The notes under the pieces are model-generated. The model saw nothing but the letters and a program-made list of their open reading frames with translations, was not told the origin of the DNA and did not search any database. A stretch of DNA of 64,000 nt, from assembly GCF_016433145.1 (NCBI RefSeq), contig NC_058132.1:204139682-204203681 (forward strand), written 5' to 3'. Shown in pieces: positions 21,413 to 34,414 of the stretch (the stretch's first letter is position 1; every line of letters starts with the position of its first letter). Made by a program: the position numbers and the translations under genes. Origin of the DNA: Gracilinanus agilis (taxonomy: Eukaryota).

Positions 21413-22859
21413 TTGGAGTTTACAAAAAACAGTTGTCAATCTTCTGTGAGAGAAGGAGCCACTTGGGGGTAAGGGTGGGCAGTGACAGGCCTAGGGAGGT
21501 GAGAGGAGCCAGGGTTCAATGACATTTGTTTAAGGTTCATCTGTAAAGTGCCTGATGGGTAGGAGGCATAAGCTAGGGAAGGAGGAGGCAAAAATTTCTC
21601 TCTACATCCCAAGAGCCAGCTGGACCACAGGGGCTATTTTTTCAGGATGCAAAGGAACAGAAAAGCTGTTTCCTCAGTTCAGACAGATGAGAGCTTCTCA
21701 TTTTATTCAAAAGCCTTAACTGCCTGAACGTATAGCCATGTATTGGGCTCACATAATGGAAGCCAATCTTTAATGCCTGTCAGGTCAGGGAGCAGCTTAA
21801 ATCCAGGTCAGACTCAATAAGTACTTAAGTGCCTATTATGTGCCAGGTACTACCTGGAGTACTGAGTACTCTGAGTACTGAAAGGCATAAGAGTCTGCCC
21901 TCTGGAAGTTCACAATCCAGCAGGAGAAGACAACATACAAAAAGATCCTTAAAGCTGGCTTCAGGCACAGGTCCAGAAGCTGGGATGGGAAATGATCTGA
22001 GAAGGTGTGGGTTTCTGGGGTGATTCCATGTTGAAGAAGGATGAATTTCTGGAAATCATGAAGTCTAGGAGAGCAACTAGGTGGGAAATGAAGTGAATTC
22101 CTGGGGGGCCCAGAGCTCAGCTTTCTACTCTCCACACTCTTCAGGTAGAGAGAAAAGATGGCCCCAGGGGCTGGAAGTGTTGAGGCCTAAGTTTCCAAGT
22201 TGATTTCATAATGCAGGATGATGAGTTTCTGGAAGGATGAGGTCCAGTAGAGGAAGCAGGTAGGAATCCAAATCCAGTCTTTGTTGTTAGCTACCTATGT
22301 GACTTTGGACAAGTTTAACTTCCTTAGGTCTCCCATTCCCTCTCCTGTAAAATCAGGGAGTTGGACTAGAAATCTTCAGGTCCCTTCCAGCTGTAGATCT
22401 CATTCTGTGAATGTTCCTTGGGCTGTCACCTTTCTAGGTCTCAGTATCTTTATCTGTTAGGAAGGGTTTGGATTAGGTGCTTTCTAAGAACCCTTTAAGC
22501 CCTAAATCCTTTAAGAGGCAGTATTCTCATTTTTGAGATGAGTGAGGTTCAAAGAAACTAACTTATTTAAAATCTCACACACACACACAGATGCTAAATC
22601 TGGTTTCCTGACTCCCAGGTCCATCGCTTTTTCTGCTTCAATTAGCCCTTCCTGATAGGATGTTATGTAATATGTACATTTCAAATGGATGTGGAGGGAG
22701 GGTATTTTGAAGGCTCAGGAAAAGCTAGAATCATTAAGGGGAAGAAGAGAAAGAATTCCCATATCTGATTCTAGAGGTCTTGGGTAGCTCTCTATCTTGC
22801 ACCCCAAAGAGAAGGGGAAATGGAAATTTAGGAAAGTCTTACACCTAGAGGAATGATAT

Positions 22860-23130
22860 GAGGGCAATTGCAAAACACTATAGAAATTGACAGACCTAAA
22901 AAATTGGAGAAAAGATTAATTGCTGATTGGTAGGTCCTACTGGAATAATGAAAACAAGTATACTAACTAAATTAATTTACTATTTAGTGCCATACCAACC
23001 AAAAATAATAATGAAATTCATCTAGAACAAAAGGTCAAAAATGTCAAGGGAAAGCATGAAAAAAAAAAGGGAAGGAAGGGAACCTAGCAACATCAGATAT
23101 CAGTCTATACTACAAAACAGGAATTTTTGA
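22860..23130 (+). mobile_element. Decayed L1 ORF2 fragment
   Basis: AAATTAATTTAC..TTTAGTGCCATACCA and TATACTACAAA, alignable by eye with the L1 copy at 46560-46745. Confidence 0.65.
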
Positions 23131-23807
23131 AACTATTTGTTCCAGGCACTTTGCTAAGCATTTTTCACAAATATCTCATTTGATCCTTACAATAACCCTG
23201 AGAGGTAGGTGTTATTATCTCCAGTTTTATAGTTGGAGTGAGGCAAAGGTTAAATGACTTGCCCAGTCACAGCTAGAAAATGTCTTAAGGCTGAATTATA
23301 ATTCAGATCTTACTGATTCTAGGCCTAGATCTCTATCTACTATGCCACCTACTTGAATTATGGTATATAACTATGATAGAATGCTATTGTGTTGTAGTTT
23401 TAAAATCCTTACCTTCTGTCCTAGTATCAGTTTTAAGACAGAAGAATAGTAAGGGCTAGACAATTTGGAGTTAAGTAACTTGCCCAGTGTCACATAGCTG
23501 AGAAGTGTATAAGGTCCAATTTGAACCCAGGTCCTCCCAATTCCAGGCTTGGTGCTCACTCTATCTACTCTGCTATCCAGCTGTCTCTCTAGTATTCTAG
23601 GACATTTGAGTTCAAATGTCACTATTTGTATCACCAGGGACAAATCACTAAACTTCCTTGGGATTCACATAAAAATGGGGATCATGATTGTTGTACCTTC
23701 TTCTTCCGTAGGCTTAAGGAAGAAAGGAAATAAGCTCTTACTATGTGCCAGGCACTGTGTTAAGACTATAATTATTATCTCACTTGATTCTTAAAACAAC
23801 CCTGGAG

Positions 23808-24011
23808 GGGGCAGCTGGGTAGCTCAGTGGATTGAGAGCCAGGCCTAGAGACAGGAGGTCCTAGGTTCAAAACCCGGCCTCAGCCACTTCCCAGCTGTGT
23901 GACCCTGGGCAAGTCACTTGACCCCCATTGCCCACCCTTACCAATCTTCCACCTATGAGACAATACACCGAAGTACAAGGGTTTAAAAACAAACAAACAA
24001 ACAAACAAAAC
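23808..24011 (+). mobile_element. Young SINE with (AAAC)n tail and 13-bp TSD
   Basis: TSD AACAACCCTGGAG at 23795-23807 and 24012-24024. Confidence 0.88.
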
Positions 24012-25019
24012 AACAACCCTGGAGATACACATGATGGAGGACATGAACCTTTGAAAAGAGATGTTGGATCTCCCCTTTACTCTCTGTAACCCATAGAGAT
24101 TCAATGGAATCAATCAGCAAAGTGTTTCTGAAGTCAGGTGATCTCAGTCCCAGTCTTGCAAGGTAGCTGTGTGACCCTGGATAATTCACTGAATCTATCA
24201 GTGCCTAGTTATTCCACTGTGAGATGGCAATTTTACCTGCAATATTTCAAAGTTCAATAGTTCTGAGACATGACTTTAACCATAAAATGTTACATGAATG
24301 AGAGTGATTTATTGTAGAAGACCTGACATTTTTATTTTTGTGTGTGTATGTGCATATATGCTCATTTATATATTTCTACGTATAGGTGGCTAGGTGGTAC
24401 AAGTGGATAGAGGGCTGGGCCTGGCAGAGGCAGGAAGGCCTGAGTTCAAATCCAATCTCTCACCAGTTATGTGATTGTGGGAAAGTCACTTAATGTTTGC
24501 CTCAGTTTCAGGATTGTTGTGAGCACAAAGTGATTTTAATTATAAAGCACTTAACATCCAAGGTCATCTAGGCAGCTTCAGTAGAAACAGAGCCAGGCCT
24601 GGAGTGGGGAGGTCCTGAGTTCAAATTTGAAGCAGACACTTACTAGCTGTATGACCCTTGGCAAGTCATTTAACCCCTATTGCCTATCCCTTCCCATTCT
24701 TCTGCCTTGGAACTTCGATTCTAAGACAGAAGGTAAGGTTTTTTTGTTAATGCACTTAGCAATTAGCAAATAGTAATCGTTTTTTTAAAACCACTTAGCA
24801 ATTAGCAAATAGTAATGGCTATGTGTTAATTATTATTGTTGTTATTTAACCTCAGTATCCTCAACTGTACAATGAAGATAATAATAGCATCTAGGAAGTA
24901 GGCAGGGGTAAAGTGACTGCCTTGTTCCGATTCTGAGGTAACATTTGAACTTGAAGCTTCCTGCCTAAAGAAAGCGCTTTTAAACCATTTACCAAATATG
25001 TATTCACCCATTCTGCACA

Positions 25020-25700
25020 TCCCAAAGCGCGGCCGAATCATGCGCGGCTTTTCCTCCTTCAGCCCCCGGGCACACTAGATACCAGGCTCTCCGCGAGTGC
25101 CCGAAGGGCCATCGTCATAGTCAGTCCCAGGCCACGTTCTGGCTCTGCGCATGCCCAGGAAGACCCCGCCGAGCAGGCCCCAAGGGTTGTCCCTGGCTCG
25201 CAGTAGCCCGAAGCCCAGAGCCCGGGACCACGGTCAAGACCTAGCCTGGCTCCCCACCCCCACCCCTCCTGCCCAGGTCCCTAAACGCCCAGCGACCCCG
25301 CGCTAATCAGTAGCTCCAGACCAGCCACCCCACGCAGTGGTCCCCAGAAGCTCCGCCCCTCGGTCTGGAGCACGTCACTGGACTCCCCGCCTGCTCCCTC
25401 CCCTTCCGTGTTTTGGTGGCGTCCGGGCCCCGCCTCACAGCGTTGCGATTGGCTGAGAGAAGTCCAGAAGTTGGTCTCGATTGGTTTTCGCTGGCCGTCA
25501 CTCACACGTGTCTCCGCCCGGAGTTGGCTGGACGTGGGAGAGGAACAGAGAGACCTGGGAACGCAGGGCACGGTAAGGCTGTTCTGGGGGCTGGGGGTTC
25601 TTCTCTTGGCGGACTCTTTAGACTGGGGTACGCGGGGTGGGGGGGCTCCTGCTTCTCCTAACATCCAGAGCGGGTCACATGTGCCCTTCTAGACTCCACT
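25020..25700 (+). promoter_or_regulatory. HINFP: HINFP CpG island / promoter with non-coding exon 1 ending at 25572
   Basis: CpG-rich. NRF1-like TGCGCATGCC near 25146, GC boxes, ATTGG at 25448 and 25480, E-box CACGTG 25505-25510, strong donor CACG|GTAAGG at 25573. Confidence 0.8.
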
Positions 25701-27410
25701 CGAGTAACCCCAGGGAGAGAGATCTCTAATAAGCGTTTGGAAGGCTGAACCTCAGCTTCCCCGGGAGCTGGGACTGGAGGAAATGGACCAATATTTTGGC
25801 TAGCTCTGTCTGAAGCTGTATTCTTACCTGGAGCAAGAGAGAAAGGAGAAAGGGATGGACATCGGGAATCCTGGTTCTGCCGCTTTCTCCATGACCTTGT
25901 GCATATCACACTCCCCCAGCCCTCAGTTTCCTCCTTTCTGAAAAGAGGAGAATAACACTGCTGTTTCCCAGAGAGGAGGATCAGATAGGATGCAAGCCTA
26001 CTGTAAAAAACTACTTTGCAGACAACAACTTATACTATAGTACTTTAAGACTTACGAAGCCTTTCCCCAGAAATAAATTTACTTTAATTTAGAATACTTT
26101 AAGCATATGCCCTGTGCTAGGTGTAGAAAATATAAAGACAAAAACGAAACAGTGCTTGCTTGCCCTTAAAGTACATTAATTACATGGTACAATTATCGCC
26201 TTTTAATGATGAGAAAACAAATTCAGAAGGAGAAAATTACAGTCACACTGCTAATAAGTGGGATAGCCACTACTGAAAACCAGGGTTCCTTCCTGCCTTC
26301 TGGGCCTAGCAGAGCTCTTTTTCACTGCATCCTCCTGTGTTTGCTGAAATCTTTTCATATTTTGGTTTTCCTCTAAATAAAAAGAGCTTGGGGCAATGAA
26401 TAAAGAACTGACCTAGAGCTCTGAAAACCTGGTTCAAGTCTCTAATCTGATAAATACTAGTTATGTGCCCCTGGACAAATTACTTCTCCTCTTAGTGCCC
26501 CTAGAAAACTCTCTAAGGCTTTTTGGATGCCATAGTGCTGTTGAGGAGCTTCCTACACAATGAAATTATAGGTTAGGTTAAAAAAATACTGCCTCTCCAA
26601 CTTGTAATCTGTAAAGCTCTGTACAATTATAGTTTTATTGTGAGTCTTCAGGAGGCTTGGGCTCTAGACCTGACTAGTGACTAAACTGTTTATTTGATCT
26701 CTCATTTGTTGGTGGTTTCTTTTTCACAATACTTTGTATCTATATAAGTTGCATCTTCCTAATGTTGGCTCCTTAAGAGAAGAGACTTTAAAATTTTTTC
26801 TTAGAGAAGTGTCTTTTGCCTAATAGTTCTTTTTAAAAAAACCTTTATCTTCCATGTTAGTATGAATTCTAAGAAGAATGACATGGTGTAGGCAGTTGGG
26901 GTTAAGTGACTTGTTCAGGGTCACACAGCTAGGAAATGTCTGAGACCACGTTTGAACCCAGGTCTTCTTGACTCTAGGCCTAGTGCTCAATCCACTGTGC
27001 TACCTAGCTGCCCCATTAGTAATCTTTTAAATTATCTCACAGGATAGTTGTGTGGATCCAATAAAGTAATATATGGAAAGCAATTTAAATGTAAATATAA
27101 ATAGAACTCATATTTATAGCCCTTTCAGTTCTGTAAGTACATCCTCACAACCACAATGTAAGGTAGGAAGTATACATATTATAATCCTCATTTTACAGAC
27201 TGAGTAAACTGAGGTTTGGAGGAATTTAAAGTGATTTGCTGAAGGTCACACAGTTTGTGATTTTAATCTAGGTCTTTTGCCATTATGTCCAGTGTTCTGA
27301 TTACTATAATATGTTGCCTCTTTCTTAAGTGTAGAAGGAGGTCAAGGTTGTGGCTAGAAGGGTGAAAAAGATCATAGGGAATGGAGCTGGGAGAAACCTT
27401 AGAGGCCACC

Positions 27411-27627
27411 CATTGGTTCTCAAAGTGTGTTCCAGAAATCCTGTGGGGGCGGGGTGTCAAAAGTTTTTTTGTAATAATACTAAGATTTTAATTCTGAGTT
27501 TTAGTTTCTAATACAATAAATATAGATAGCTGTAACACATAAACAAAAATTCTTTGTGGGGCCGAGTTCTTTAGTGATTTTTAAGAGTATAATGGAGTCC
27601 TGAGACCAAAAAGTTTAAGAACCCCCA
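27411..27627. mobile_element. Old hAT/Charlie-type MITE
   Basis: Degenerate TIRs CATTGGTTCTCAAAGTG ... AAGTTTAAGAACCCCCA, followed by ATCTAGTT (Charlie-type NTCTAGAN target). Interrupts a MIR-like core. Confidence 0.55.
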
Positions 27628-28567
27628 ATCTAGTTCAACACCTAGATTTTACAGATGAAGAAACTGAGACCTAGGAGGTCTTTTTTTTTTTTTTTTTTTT
27701 TTTTAACTCTTATCTTCTTTCTTAGAATCAATACTGTGTATTGGTTCCAAGGCAGAAGAGTGGTAAGGGCTAGGCAATGGGGGTTAAGTGACTAGCCCAA
27801 GATAATATAGCTAGGAAGTGTCTGAAGCCAAATTTCCTAGGAGGCCTTAATGATTTGCCTGGGGTCACACAGGTAATATGGATAGAGATTAGAATAATAT
27901 AGGAAGGCTTAATTCAGAAAAATAGGGTTTGGTTGAAGAGAGAGAGAAAAGAGATTCAAGTAAGGAGAATAACTTCAGAGGCAAAGAGGTAAGAATAAAT
28001 GTCATTCATGGCACAGTGAATTCCAAGATGTAGGAATGAGGGGGATCATATATATGTTGGACCTCTGGGTGTGAGGAAAGAGATCAAAAGAGAGTAAAGC
28101 ATGAGATTGAGGAAGGAAACTTAAGGTTTTGTTTGACTGAAATGATATGTAAAATTGGAGAAATTACTCTGGAAAGGCAGGTTGGAGGCAGATTGAATCA
28201 GAACACTGGATAAATCCCCAAAACACTGTAGAGTTTCAGGAGTTCAGATCACTACTGCTGTCCTTCCCAGAAAAGTCTCATAGGATCACAGACTTGGAGC
28301 TGGAAGGCACCCTAGAGGTTACCATGTCCAACTTCCTCTTTTCATTTGCTATAAGAATCCCCCCACTCCACTTAGTAGAATTTTCTTAATAACTAAAAAA
28401 TACAATAACCTGCTAGCATTTGTAGAGTGTCTTGGTTTGCAAAGCAGTTTTACAAATATTAATTTTATCTTCACAACAACTCTGGGAGGTAGGTACTATT
28501 ATTTAATCCCCATTCTATAGAGGTAGAAGTGGAGGCTGTGAGGTTGAATTGGCTTGTTCATCTAGAG

Positions 28568-28746
28568 CAGTGATTCCCAAAGTGGGCACTACCGCCCCCT
28601 GGTGGGTACTGCAGCGATGATGGCCACAGGTGCACTTATTTTTCCTATTAATTGCTATTAAAATAAAAAAAATTAGTTTCAAGGGGGCTAAGTAATATTT
28701 TTTTCTGGAAAGGGGGTGGTAGGCCAAAAAAGTTCGGGAACCACTG
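28568..28746. mobile_element. 179-bp hAT/Charlie MITE with perfect 8-bp TSD in HINFP intron 1
   Basis: TIRs CAGTGATTCCCAAAGT / reverse complement CAGTGGTTCCCGAACT. TSD ATCTAGAG at 28560-28567 and 28747-28754. Confidence 0.9.
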
Positions 28747-28880
28747 ATCTAGAGCAAAAGCCTAAGGCCAGATTTAAACTTAGGCCTTCATGAATTCAGG
28801 GCTCTTCCTCGACCACCTAGCTCCTGCCTTGGCTATTGGTTAGCCTGTTATTTTATTCCTTTTTCTATAGTGTGGCAGTC

Positions 28881-29055
28881 ATGCCACCCCCTACAAAGGT
28901 TCCCCGAAGGGAAGCCCTGGTGCTGCAGTGTGAGTGGGGATCCTGTACCTTTGTGGCCTCAGCTGTGGAAGAGTTCTGTGAACATGTCACACAGCATCTT
29001 CAGCAGCATCTCCAGGGCCCTGAGGAAGAAGATGAGGATGAGGTGGACCCACTTG
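28881..29055 (+). CDS. HINFP: HINFP exon 2 (first coding; exon starts 28871)
   Basis: [44 protein letters not shown]...DPL; TAG/GTGAGT. Confidence 0.94.
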
Positions 29056-29322
29056 GTGAGTGAGGAAGGGACAATGGGAGAAGAACAAGATTTGCGAAAG
29101 GTGGAAGAAGACTAGGTTTGCCTTTACTCTATTGTTCTTGGATAGCTAGGGATGATGGGACTTAATGGAGGGAAGTTTTTTCAGAGAAAGTTCAGGGGTT
29201 GATTTAGGGAGCATTGGGCCAGAGATAGGATTTGCCCTTTCCAGTACTTTATTCATGCAGGGCTGAGTCCCAGAAATGGAGGGACCTGAGCTCTCCCTTT
29301 CCTCCATTTCTTCACGCCCCAG

Positions 29323-29552
29323 CCGAAGAATATTCCTGCTTGTGGCAAGAGTGTGGCTTCTGCTCCCCGGACAGCTCAGCCGACCTGGTCCGTCATGTCT
29401 ATTTCCACTGTTACCACACCAAGCTGAAACAGTGGGGACTTCAGGCTCTGCAAGGCCAGGCTGGACTCAGCCATTGCCTATTGGACTTCCAAAGCCGAAA
29501 CATGATCCCTGACATTCCTGACCACTTCTTGTGCCAGTGGGAGCACTGTGAG
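29323..29552 (+). CDS. HINFP: HINFP exon 3
   Basis: [38 protein letters not shown]...[10 protein letters not shown]; CAG/GTCAGC. Confidence 0.94.
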
Positions 29553-29789
29553 GTCAGCAGGCAGGAGCCAGGGCTGGGGGGTAGGGGGAGGGTGGAGAAT
29601 GTACCCTCTCTTTGATAGAGAGACCTGTGTATCTCTATGAAGTCTGTCAAGTACTCTCCTTTCTCCAGTTTCTTTTGGCTTCCTCCAACCTCCCAGGTGG
29701 TCTGGATTATTGCCTTGGTTCACTGAAAGTGCCTCCCTACTTTGCCTCTGCTGTTCCTTACACTTAGTCTCCCCTCTTCTTCTTCACAG

Positions 29790-29901
29790 AGCTCTTTTGA
29801 CAATCCAGAGTGGTTCTACCGGCACGTGGAGGCCCATAGTTTGTGCTGTGAATACAAGGCAGCCAGCAAGGAGAACCATGTGGTGCCCTGTGGCTGGAAA
29901 G
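29790..29901 (+). CDS. HINFP: HINFP exon 4
   Basis: [37 protein letters not shown]; CAG/GTTGGG. Confidence 0.93.
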
Positions 29902-30131
29902 GTTGGGGATACTTTTGGTCACTCACTATTTAGAAAACCCTCCCTTTTGAAGGAGAATGTTCTGTTTATGGGTGGGAGGGCTGGGGATGGTACCCAGGTG
30001 TTTCATCTTTCCCATTCTTTAAAATGAGAAAGTTGGCTATTGGGCTATCAAGAGGCTTGGAGGAAAATGGGAGGTTGGGAGAGATATTCTGTGGAGCCAG
30101 TAGGAGGGGCCTGACTTAGTGTTTTCCCCAG

Positions 30132-30284
30132 ATTGCAACTGTACCTTCAAAGGCCGATGTAAACTGAGAGAGCATCTTCGAAGCCATACCCAGGAGAAAG
30201 TTGTGGCCTGCCCCACCTGCGGGGGCATGTTTGCTAATAACACCAAGTTCTTTGACCACATCCGACGCCAGACGTCACTGGACC
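30132..30284 (+). CDS. HINFP: HINFP exon 5
   Basis: [50 protein letters not shown]; CAG/GTGAGC. Confidence 0.94.
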
Positions 30285-30679
30285 GTGAGCTTGGGGAAGG
30301 AGGGAGTAGGGATAGAGGGAAAGGGACCTGCTGACCTGCTTGGGACAGAGCTAGGTATCGGGATCCAGTGCCTGCATTTGCATTTGGCTTTTGCCTGCTC
30401 TCATCAGCATTTTCTCTTCCCTGTGACCCCTCCAAGTTACAGTTGGTTGTAACTGTGTCACCTTGGATAAGACATTCAACCTTTTTAGGCCTCAGTTTCC
30501 CCATCTGGAAAATGAGGGTGGAATTGACTAAATGGGCCATTCTACTTCAGAAAAAAAATCTCTTGAGTAATGCCTGAAAGCTCTCCTTTCTGTGTCTGGA
30601 GCTGTCCTCCTCTCTCCCAGCCTCTTGTTTTTCTTCAGCTGCTTAAAGCTCTTCATCTTCTTTCCTTTTCCCACCCCAG

Positions 30680-30757
30680 AGCAGCGATTCCAATGTTCCC
30701 ATTGTTCCAAGAGGTTTGCCACTGAACGACTATTGCGGGACCACATGCGCAACCATG
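30680..30757 (+). CDS. HINFP: HINFP exon 6
   Basis: [25 protein letters not shown]; CAG/GTAAGC. Confidence 0.94.
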
Positions 30758-30839
30758 GTAAGCTTTCCCTAGTTCTTCTCTCCATATTTTCTCCTTCTCA
30801 TCCTTCCCAACCCCTCCTTCTTCTCTGTGTTCCCTGCAG

Positions 30840-30960
30840 TAAATCATTACAAGTGCCCTTTATGTGACATGACCTGCCCGCTACCCTCTTCCCTCCGAAA
30901 CCACATTCGTTTCCGACACAGTGAAGACCGGCCTTTTAAGTGTGACTACTGTGACTACAG
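30840..30960 (+). CDS. HINFP: HINFP exon 7
   Basis: [39 protein letters not shown]; CAG/GTGAAG. Confidence 0.94.
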
Positions 30961-31048
30961 GTGAAGAGGGTGGGGAGCAAGCAGTAGGGCCTGACTTTTG
31001 TTCCCAGTTTCCTCCCTGCTCTGATGACCCTTTTCCCTCTTCTGGCAG

Positions 31049-31187
31049 TTGTAAGAATCTGATTGACCTTCGAAAGCACCTGGACACTCATAGCAAGGAA
31101 CCTGCCTATCACTGCGAGTTTGAGAGTTGCAGCTTCAGTGCTCGCTCCCATTGCTCCATCAAATCCCATTACCGAAAAGTACATGAA
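31049..31187 (+). CDS. HINFP: HINFP exon 8
   Basis: [46 protein letters not shown]; CAG/GTGAGT. Confidence 0.94.
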
Positions 31188-31991
31188 GTGAGTGCCACTG
31201 GGAAAGGCAGGAAGTGAGAGGCCAAGTGGAGCCAGGGTGGGGAGGTCTGGAAACATCCTAAGCTTTGGAGGTGCTAATCTGAGCTTCAGCCAACATGGGA
31301 AGATTTCCTGTGTGTACAGTCCTGTGCCAGGCTAGTGAGAGAGACTGGACCTGGGATTTCATTGTATAGAGAACACCTTCTACCAATGCCCCCATGCAGA
31401 TTGGCATCTTTTCTGCAACTTGTAGTTTCCCAGGATATTGAGGACTTAAGTGATTTGCCCAAAGACACACAGCCAGGATGGGTTGAAGGTAGGGTATGAA
31501 ACTGGATCTTCCTCACTCTTGAGGATAACTTTTTAAAATTTTATTTTTAAGAAACCCTTACCTTCTGTCTTGGAATCAATACTAAATTTTGGTTCCAAGG
31601 CAGAAGAGTGGTAAGGCAGTTGAGAATAAGTGACCTGCTCAATTAGGAACTACCTGAGGTCAGATTTAAACCCAGGACCTCCCATCTCCAGACCTGGTTC
31701 TCTATCCACCTGCCCCAAGGATAACTTTCTATCAACTCCACTGTGCTCCTGAGGAAACTAGAAAGCTTAAATAAAATACAGTCACTACTGTGATGGGGCT
31801 GACAATTTAGCAATAATCTACCTCCCATGTAACTCCTCCTGAATAGTTTCCAAGTGCATATAGTTGGTATGGTCCAAGTTCAATGAAAGACTCAAGGTAG
31901 TACTTTGATCTGTCAGTGGAGGGTGGGAGGGAAGGCCGGCATGTAGGAAGTGGGTGGATGGGATTCCAACCGCTTTGACTTCACCTGCCAG

Positions 31992-32116
31992 GGTGACTCT
32001 GAGCCAAGATACAAGTGTCACGTGTGTGACAAGTGCTTCACTCGAGGCAATAACCTGACTGTCCACCTTCGAAAGAAGCATCAGTTCAAGTGGCCCTCAG
32101 GGCATCCCCGGTTCCG
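31992..32116 (+). CDS. HINFP: HINFP exon 9
   Basis: [41 protein letters not shown]; CAG/GTAAGT. Confidence 0.94.
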
Positions 32117-34414
32117 GTAAGTTCTCTTTGTTCTCTACTCATTCAACAAGAGTGATAATGGTATTTGTGGGACTTTGAATGAACTTTCTTCTGAATTTTT
32201 ACTTTCCATATATCTCTGTAGATCTTTTACACATTTCATTCCATTTTATCCTAACAAAAACAGGGTAATAATAATAATAATAATAGCTAACATATAGTCC
32301 TTACTATGTGCTAGGCACATGCTAAGTGCTTTATAGTTAAATCATTTGATCTTCATAACAACACCAGGAGGTAGTTACTTTTATTATCCCTATTTTACAG
32401 ATGGAGAAACTGAGACAGATAGAAATTAAGTGAATTGCCCAGAGTCATAGAGTTAGTATGTGTTTGAGGCCAGATTTGAACTTGGGCCTTCCTGACTCTA
32501 GGCCCAGCACTATATCCTCTGCACCACTTAACTGCCCCAAAGATGATTCTCCCTATTATAAAATTTAGTTAACTGAGGCACAGAGTAGTAAATAAATGAC
32601 TAGCTATAAGAACATAGTGAGCTGAGGGTGAAGGAGATGGAATTAGAATTCAATTTACTATTTCAGTTCAAACATTGATCAGTTTCTACCATGGACAAAG
32701 CCCTTTGCTGGATGCTATGGTGAGACAATACAAAATTGAATAATAGTGTCTTTGTTCAATCAGCTTATAATTTAATAGAAGGAGGTAAGACTGATACATA
32801 AACAATTATAATGCAAAATGGCATTTAGTAAACAGACAGGATTGCCTGGGAGATAGAGAGTTTTTCTCTGAAGTCTTCAAGTAGGGACTGGATGGATGAC
32901 CACTTGCCTCTGAGATTTTTTCCATTTCTAAGAATATGTGACTCAGATATAAGAGAGGTATTGGTGGGTGCTGGAGAAAGTCAGGGAAGAGTGAGGAGCA
33001 AAGCTAAGCTCTGAAGGATAGATGAAAGATCACTGGATGGCATATGAGGAAAGGGTGATCAGGCTGACAGTGTGAGTGATCGAGGGCCCAGAGATACAAA
33101 AGGAAGATGATAAGAAGAGGCTAGTGATTAGCTGGGTTATTAAGTGTGGGGAGGGGATCGATTTCAAAGTCATGGGAGAGTAAATTAGAGCTTAGTTTTA
33201 GAGAGCCTGGGGTATGAGGTCAAGGAGATTGTGCTTTTTTGAGTTAACCAATCAGATGTCCAGTGAAAGCTTTGGGGCAAAGGAATGAAATGATCATAGT
33301 TGTATTTTAGAAAGACTCTTCAGGGGGGCAATTAGGTAGCCCAGTAGATTGAGAGTCAGGCCCAGAGACAGGAAGCTTTGGGTTCATGTGACCTCATATA
33401 CTTCCTACCTGTGTGATTCTGGGTGGGTCACTTAACCCCCATTGCCTAGCCCTTACTGCTCTTCTGCCTTGGAAACAATACACAGTATTGATTCTAAGAA
33501 GAAAGGTAAGAGTTTAGAAAGAAAGACTTTTCAGGCAACACTGTGTGGGATACAGTTACTTAAAGTCGTGTTATCATGTGGGAGAAGAATTTGCTTTTCT
33601 GCAGTCCCTAATGGAAGGTATGGAAGGGCAAATGGGGGGAAACAACTTTCTGACATTTAAAGTTATCCAGAAATGCCATGGACAATTTCTCCCTCACCTC
33701 AAAGGAGATGCTGAAGCAAAGGCTAGATAGGTGTTTGACTGTAATGTCACAGGGGACCCTTTTAAAAAAAATTGTATTTTTAGTTCCAATTTCTTTCCCT
33801 CTACCCACCCCCGCCTACCCCCATTGAGAAGGCAGAAAATACAATAGTCATTATACTTATGAAGTCATTGCAAAACACAGTTTCCACATTAGCCATGTTG
33901 TAGGGTGGGTGGGTGGGTAAGAAGCAAAAAATATAAAGAAAATGAAAAAATATGCTTAATTTTGCACTCTGAGTTCATCAGTTCTCTCTCTGGAGGAGGA
34001 TAGCATTTTTCATCATGAGTCCTTTGGAATCATCATAGATCATTATATTGATCAGAATACTTAATAAATGTTTGATGAACGAATGAATTGTATTGGGGTT
34101 AGACCAGGAAGCATCAAGGCTAGTTAAAAGGCTATTTCCTTGGTCCATGTCTTTTCCATTCAGCTTTCTTCTTTCCCCACTTTGGGTAAGGTTCTTCACA
34201 AACTTGTCTGTAAATACTCTTAGTCCTCCTTCCCCTACTTCACAGAGCTGTGAAGGAAGTGATTTGCAAGTTTTTAATCACTCTCCAAAATGGTAGGAGT
34301 CAGATGTCTGAAGTTTAGAGGTGGTAGGGATTTTAGAGGCCATCAAGTCCAGTCACCCTCATTTTACAGATGCAGAAACTGAGACACTGAGAGGTTAAGT
34401 GATTTTGTTTAGGG

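Noticed and set aside
21858-21882. GAGTACT repeated three times
   Set aside because: Short slippage inside an old L2-like repeat; no functional indication.
25525-25540. GGACGT as a possible HINFP autoregulatory site
   Set aside because: Only a 6-bp core match, expected by chance in a CpG island.
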